20,174 bases of DNA from Coleofasciculus sp. B1-GNL1-01 (lineage in GTDB: Bacteria; Cyanobacteriota; Cyanobacteriia; Cyanobacteriales; Coleofasciculaceae): the NCBI GenBank assembly GCA_040220235.1, contig JAVJTO010000093.1; one strand, given 5' to 3'. The notes under the pieces are model-generated. The model was not told the DNA's origin. It searched no databases and was given only the letters and a program-made list of their open reading frames with translations. Below are positions 16,927 to 20,174 of the stretch, one piece after another. Every line of letters starts with the position of its first letter. The first letter of the stretch is position 1. Position numbers and translations under genes: made by a program.

Positions 16927-17475
16927 CTACCTGTTTGAGTGAGTCGTCGGTGGGCTTTGGCGAAAACTGATAATTAACAAACAAATAATCCCTAGATTAA
17001 TAAAAACATCAGCAAAATTAAACACCGGAAAAGGCGCGAGTCGAATATGACGAAAATCGACCAATACAGGAAACTTGACAATCGGAAACTCTAGAAAATC
17101 AACCACACAGGTTAACTGTTTTCCATTGACGATACAATCATTAAAAAATCGGTCAATTCCATTCCCCAATGCACCCCCTAAAATAAACCCGTAGCCTAAC
17201 TGCTCAATCGGTTTCAGCCGGGAACCAAACCATGCCAACCCCATTAACCCCAGACTCACTGCCAGTGATAGCCAGCGTAGCCACACGCCACCTTGACTAA
17301 ACAGACTAAATGCCGCCCCGGTATTGAGTACATAGGTTAAGTGAAAAATATCGGGAATCACAGACCAACTTTCGTATAAGGCAAAATTTTGTACCACTAA
17401 ATATTTAGTTAATTGATCCACAATTACGCTAATAGCGGCAATTACCCAGAAGTAACGATTTTTTCTAAAAGGCAT
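16927..17475 (-). CDS. lspA: Lipoprotein signal peptidase II
   Basis: DQLTK, NTGAAFS, GGALGNGIDR, VVDF and FPVFNFAD. Start moved to ATG 17475 (MPFRKNRYFW) because the longer start at 17535 lies in a tandem repeat. Confidence 0.95.
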   Translation of the reverse strand: MPFRKNRYFWVIAAISVIVDQLTKYLVVQNFALYESWSVIPDIFHLTYVLNTGAAFSLFSQGGVWLRWLSLAVSLGLMGLAWFGSRLKPIEQLGYGFILGGALGNGIDRFFNDCIVNGKQLTCVVDFLEFPIVKFPVLVDFRHIRLAPFPVFNFADVFINLGIICLLIISFRQSPPTTHSNR

Positions 17476-17513
17476 GGTTAAGTAGGTGGACTCAATTAAA
17501 TTTAACGGTGGGG

Positions 17514-17548
17514 ATTGTCCTTTGTCATTCGTCATTTGTCCTTTGTCA
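17514..17548. repeat. STRR-type heptamer tandem repeat, (WTYGTCM)x5
   Basis: ATTGTCC TTTGTCA TTCGTCA TTTGTCC TTTGTCA. Related units overlap the kinase start near 11413-11426. Confidence 0.85.
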
Positions 17549-17578
17549 GGGGTTGAGGCTTATTTACAAAACTTAGGA

Positions 17579-18163
17579 CTAATAAAACAATAAATGACGC
17601 AGGGTGTACGCTACAACCGTCACTGCACAAACAATGGCTAACTGTCCGGGTAAAGGATAAATCGAGTATTTCAACATGGTATCCATCAACGATAAGCCAT
17701 CCCTAGTTGTCATGTTCAAAATAAGATGAAAAATCGTTAAATAGCCTATTCCGTAAATATGGATTGTGAACAAACCACATAAACAGCTAAACCCTAGGGA
17801 TTCTAATCGCAAAGGCAGACGAAACGCCAAAAAACCACAAACCCAGGCTCCCGCAATAAATCCTAATAAATACCCAAACATGGGTTTTATTACATAGTCT
17901 AAACCCCCACCTTGGTCAAAGACCGGTAAAATTAAACCTAAAACCACATAAGCAATTTGAGACAGGACACCTGCATTTTTTCCGCCTAAACACCCAACAA
18001 GTAGAACCGCCCCAATCTGACAGGTAACGCCTAAGGAAATGGGTTGAATTCCTTGGCTTGACCAATCCCAGGGCGGATTTGTCACGAAGGCTTCTAAAAA
18101 GGTGCCACCGATAGTCAGTAATAAGCCAATTAAAGCCCAAACGAGTTCATGGGGAGCAGACAC
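17579..18163 (-). CDS. bioY: Biotin transporter BioY (ECF S-component)
   Basis: Hydrophobic 194 aa with Y..LGL.LPVF..GGG and P.FGYLLGF motifs; lies between bioB and lspA, the usual cyanobacterial order. Confidence 0.92.
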   Translation of the reverse strand: MSAPHELVWALIGLLLTIGGTFLEAFVTNPPWDWSSQGIQPISLGVTCQIGAVLLVGCLGGKNAGVLSQIAYVVLGLILPVFDQGGGLDYVIKPMFGYLLGFIAGAWVCGFLAFRLPLRLESLGFSCLCGLFTIHIYGIGYLTIFHLILNMTTRDGLSLMDTMLKYSIYPLPGQLAIVCAVTVVAYTLRHLLFY

Positions 18164-18192
18164 TTTTACGCGAATCGTTTTTAACTCCCCCT

Positions 18193-19311
18193 CTATACTG
18201 GCTGAGATTGATGCTCTCCGGGAAGCGGTGCTTCGCCTCCGGTTAAGCCTAATGACTCTAACATGGCATGATCGTGTTCTGGCGGCTGTCCTAAAGTGGT
18301 GAGGTAATGACCAATTAACATGGCATTAATCCCGGCTTTCAATCCTAAGGCTTGGAGTTCGCCCATCACCGCTTCTCGTCCACCAGCATAGCGAATGATT
18401 TGTTCGGGCAAAATCAGGCGGAAAATCGCGATCGCTTTTAGTGCTTCATACGGATCAAGTTTTGTCTGTTCTCCCAAGGGCGTTCCTTGACGGGGATTCA
18501 GCAAGTTTAGGGGGACAGATTCCACCTCTAATTCCCGCAAGGCTAAGGCTAAATCCACCCGATCCTCCCAGGTTTCTCCCATGCCCAAAATGCCACCCGT
18601 ACAAGCTTGAATTCCGGCGGCTTTCAGGTGCTTAATCGTCTCAACGCGATCGCGCCAACGGTGAGTGGTGACGATTTCCGGGAAAAAGTTCTCCGATGCC
18701 TCTAAGTTATGGTTATAGCGGGTGACTCCGGCTTCCTTGAGTGCTTGTGCCTGTTCCGGTGTCACTTCGCCTAAAGCACAACAGGGCTTAATATTAGTTT
18801 CACTAATAATCTGCTGAACAGTTTCCAGAATTTGCTCAAATTCTGTGGATTTGGGAGACTGATATTTCGGTCCACGCCCTTGACTCACCAAACAAAAACG
18901 CTTTGCCCCTGCTGCATCGGCGGCTTTGGCTTGTGCCAGTATTTCCTCTGGGGATTTGAGTCCGTATATGGGGGAATCCTTTCCCGGATGATGGGCAGAT
19001 TGGGCGCAAAAGCCGCAGTTTTCTGAGCAGCTACCGGATTTAATGTTCACAATACTGCATAAATCCACGGTGTTACCGCAGCAGGCTTGGCGCACTTGAT
19101 CGGCGGCTTCACACAGGAGCAGAATATTGTCTTGTCCCGCTATCTGCGTCAGTTTCAGCGCTTCCTCTCGATTGATGCGATCGCCTGCGATAATCCGTTG
19201 GGCTACAGAGTTGAGCCAGTCTCGCACTGAGGTGGGTACGGAGGCTGAGGAATTCGCCGTATCCGGATGGAGTGAATTGTCAGACTGTCGTAATGGCGTT
19301 TGAACCATCAT
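18193..19311 (-). CDS. bioB: Biotin synthase (radical SAM)
   Basis: CSENCGFC (CxxxCxxC), YNHNLE, CTGGILGMGE, SVPLN, AGGRE and GHYLTT. Likely start is ATG 19311 or 19308; the track start at 19398 overlaps iscB and the element end. Confidence 0.96.
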   Translation of the reverse strand: MMVQTPLRQSDNSLHPDTANSSASVPTSVRDWLNSVAQRIIAGDRINREEALKLTQIAGQDNILLLCEAADQVRQACCGNTVDLCSIVNIKSGSCSENCGFCAQSAHHPGKDSPIYGLKSPEEILAQAKAADAAGAKRFCLVSQGRGPKYQSPKSTEFEQILETVQQIISETNIKPCCALGEVTPEQAQALKEAGVTRYNHNLEASENFFPEIVTTHRWRDRVETIKHLKAAGIQACTGGILGMGETWEDRVDLALALRELEVESVPLNLLNPRQGTPLGEQTKLDPYEALKAIAIFRLILPEQIIRYAGGREAVMGELQALGLKAGINAMLIGHYLTTLGQPPEHDHAMLESLGLTGGEAPLPGEHQSQPV

Positions 19312-19370
19312 AATTGCGGCAAGGGGGCGGACGTCTGTACCTGAACGGTCAGCGTCTGGGGAATTGCCGC
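19312..19370. mobile_element. Probable terminal hairpin (end) of the IS200/IS605-superfamily IscB element
   Basis: Outer stem GCGGCAA (19316-19322)/TTGCCGC (19364-19370); inner bulged stem GACGtCTGtACC-tgaac-GGTCAGCGTC. Begins 11 nt after the iscB stop. Confidence 0.7.
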
Positions 19371-19381
19371 CAACAAATAAA

Positions 19382-20173
19382 TCAAGATGCATATTCATAG
19401 CCGTCAGCCTTGTGAATGGTTTTTAAATATTTCGGATGCACGTCGAAGCTTTTACCTCCTGTGGTTAACTTGAATCTCGGTCTGAATCGAATAGCGATTC
19501 GACCTGTGTAAGTTCCTGCATATTTTCCAGTTAGGACATTTGCTGTCACCAAGTCTCCGGTTTGGAAACATAAGAAAAACTTCTCTCGCGGAGCATGGCG
19601 AATTGGGAAACCAAATTTATTGGTTCCGCAACGTTGCCTTCTTCCGTGACCTTTGGCTTTGATAATCAAAGGTTTAATTCCGTTGAGAAGAAGTTTTTCA
19701 GGCGTTGAAGCACCAACACAAGCTGCATCGAAAGCGTGAGTTTTCTCAATTCCTCGGGTTTGACGGTTAAACTTTGTCAAACCCCCAGAACCTAACTCTA
19801 CAGGTAAACCCGTTGATTGAAGTCTTCTGTACAGTTCCCAGCGAGTAGCATTAACGGCAGTGGCATCCTTAAGAGGTGCTTTGGCTTGAGCTAGAACTCG
19901 TTTCAGAACTTCAGGCTCCCTCTTCAAAAACTCCTCAATAGGTTGGTTCCCTTTATTTTGGTTACAGGAATGGCAACTCAGGCAAAGATTACTGACTCTA
20001 TTTGAACCTCCCTTGCTTTTGGCGAGGATATGTTCAATCTCAAAAGGTACATTTTCAATGCCACAGTAAGCACATTTTCTGTTCCATTTGGCGAGTAAAT
20101 ACTCTTTGACCTCAAAACCGAACAGTTCACCTCTTTGGTACTCTATCCCGCTAATCTCAGGGTTTTGCTTATG
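19382..20173 (-). CDS. iscB: RNA-guided endonuclease IscB (HNH + split RuvC), 5'-truncated by the window edge
   Basis: The frame is open from 20173: NPEISGIEYQRGELFGFEVKEYLL, then the HNH domain CAYC...EIEHI...GGSNRVSNLCLSCHSCNQNK, then LKDATAVNATRW, GGLTKFNR, RuvC-III KTHAFDAACVG, and the C-terminal FQTGDLV...DGYEY. Confidence 0.93.
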   Translation of the reverse strand, partial: HKQNPEISGIEYQRGELFGFEVKEYLLAKWNRKCAYCGIENVPFEIEHILAKSKGGSNRVSNLCLSCHSCNQNKGNQPIEEFLKREPEVLKRVLAQAKAPLKDATAVNATRWELYRRLQSTGLPVELGSGGLTKFNRQTRGIEKTHAFDAACVGASTPEKLLLNGIKPLIIKAKGHGRRQRCGTNKFGFPIRHAPREKFFLCFQTGDLVTANVLTGKYAGTYTGRIAIRFRPRFKLTTGGKSFDVHPKYLKTIHKADGYEYAS

Positions 20174-20174
20174 C

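Larger units (their letters stand above)
3093..19184. other. Dispersed HIP1 octamers (GCGATCGC), at least 12 copies
   Basis: Seen at 3093, 6862, 8779, 11642, 12397, 12931, 15433, 15779, 16202, 18428, 18646 and 19177. None noticed inside the IS4 or iscB. Manual count. Confidence 0.85.

Noticed and set aside
17476..17535. N-terminal extension of LspA (MTNDKGQ...)
   Set aside because: The ATG comes from the heptamer repeat, and MTNDKGQ is the repeat's translation.
19312..19398. N-terminal extension of BioB given in the ORF track
   Set aside because: It overlaps the iscB stop and the element's terminal hairpin; ATG 19311/19308 is more plausible.

Overview
Cyanobacterial chromosomal segment. The evidence is at least 12 HIP1 octamers (GCGATCGC), heptamer STRR arrays, GTAG-type palindromic repeats and the bioB-bioY-lspA gene order; the repeat load suggests a filamentous species (inference). 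From left to right: the 3' tail of a gene; a 195-bp MITE; a degraded IS4-family element (frameshifted transposase plus a small accessory ORF bracketed by two palindromes); a small secreted protein; and a minus-strand signalling cluster (1875-aa Ser/Thr kinase-AAA-GAF-His kinase, single-domain receiver, REC-PAS-PAS class III adenylate cyclase). These are followed by a polytopic membrane protein, a prohibitin/SPFH gene, a second inverted MITE copy, hisH, a pyroglutamyl-peptidase I homolog, lspA, bioY, bioB and the 3' part of an IscB (OMEGA) gene. Four signals stand out. (i) The terminal hairpin of the IscB element ends 4 nt before the bioB start codon, and that ATGA looks like the IscB TAM/insertion site. 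(ii) The IS4 carries an accessory gene and paired 25-29-bp palindromes. (iii) Several tiny mobile repeats sit in frame inside proteins, including a 21-nt insert that splits a HIP1 site. (iv) The two MITE copies each have their own 6-bp TANNTA target duplication. All calls come from reading the sequence; no database search was run.
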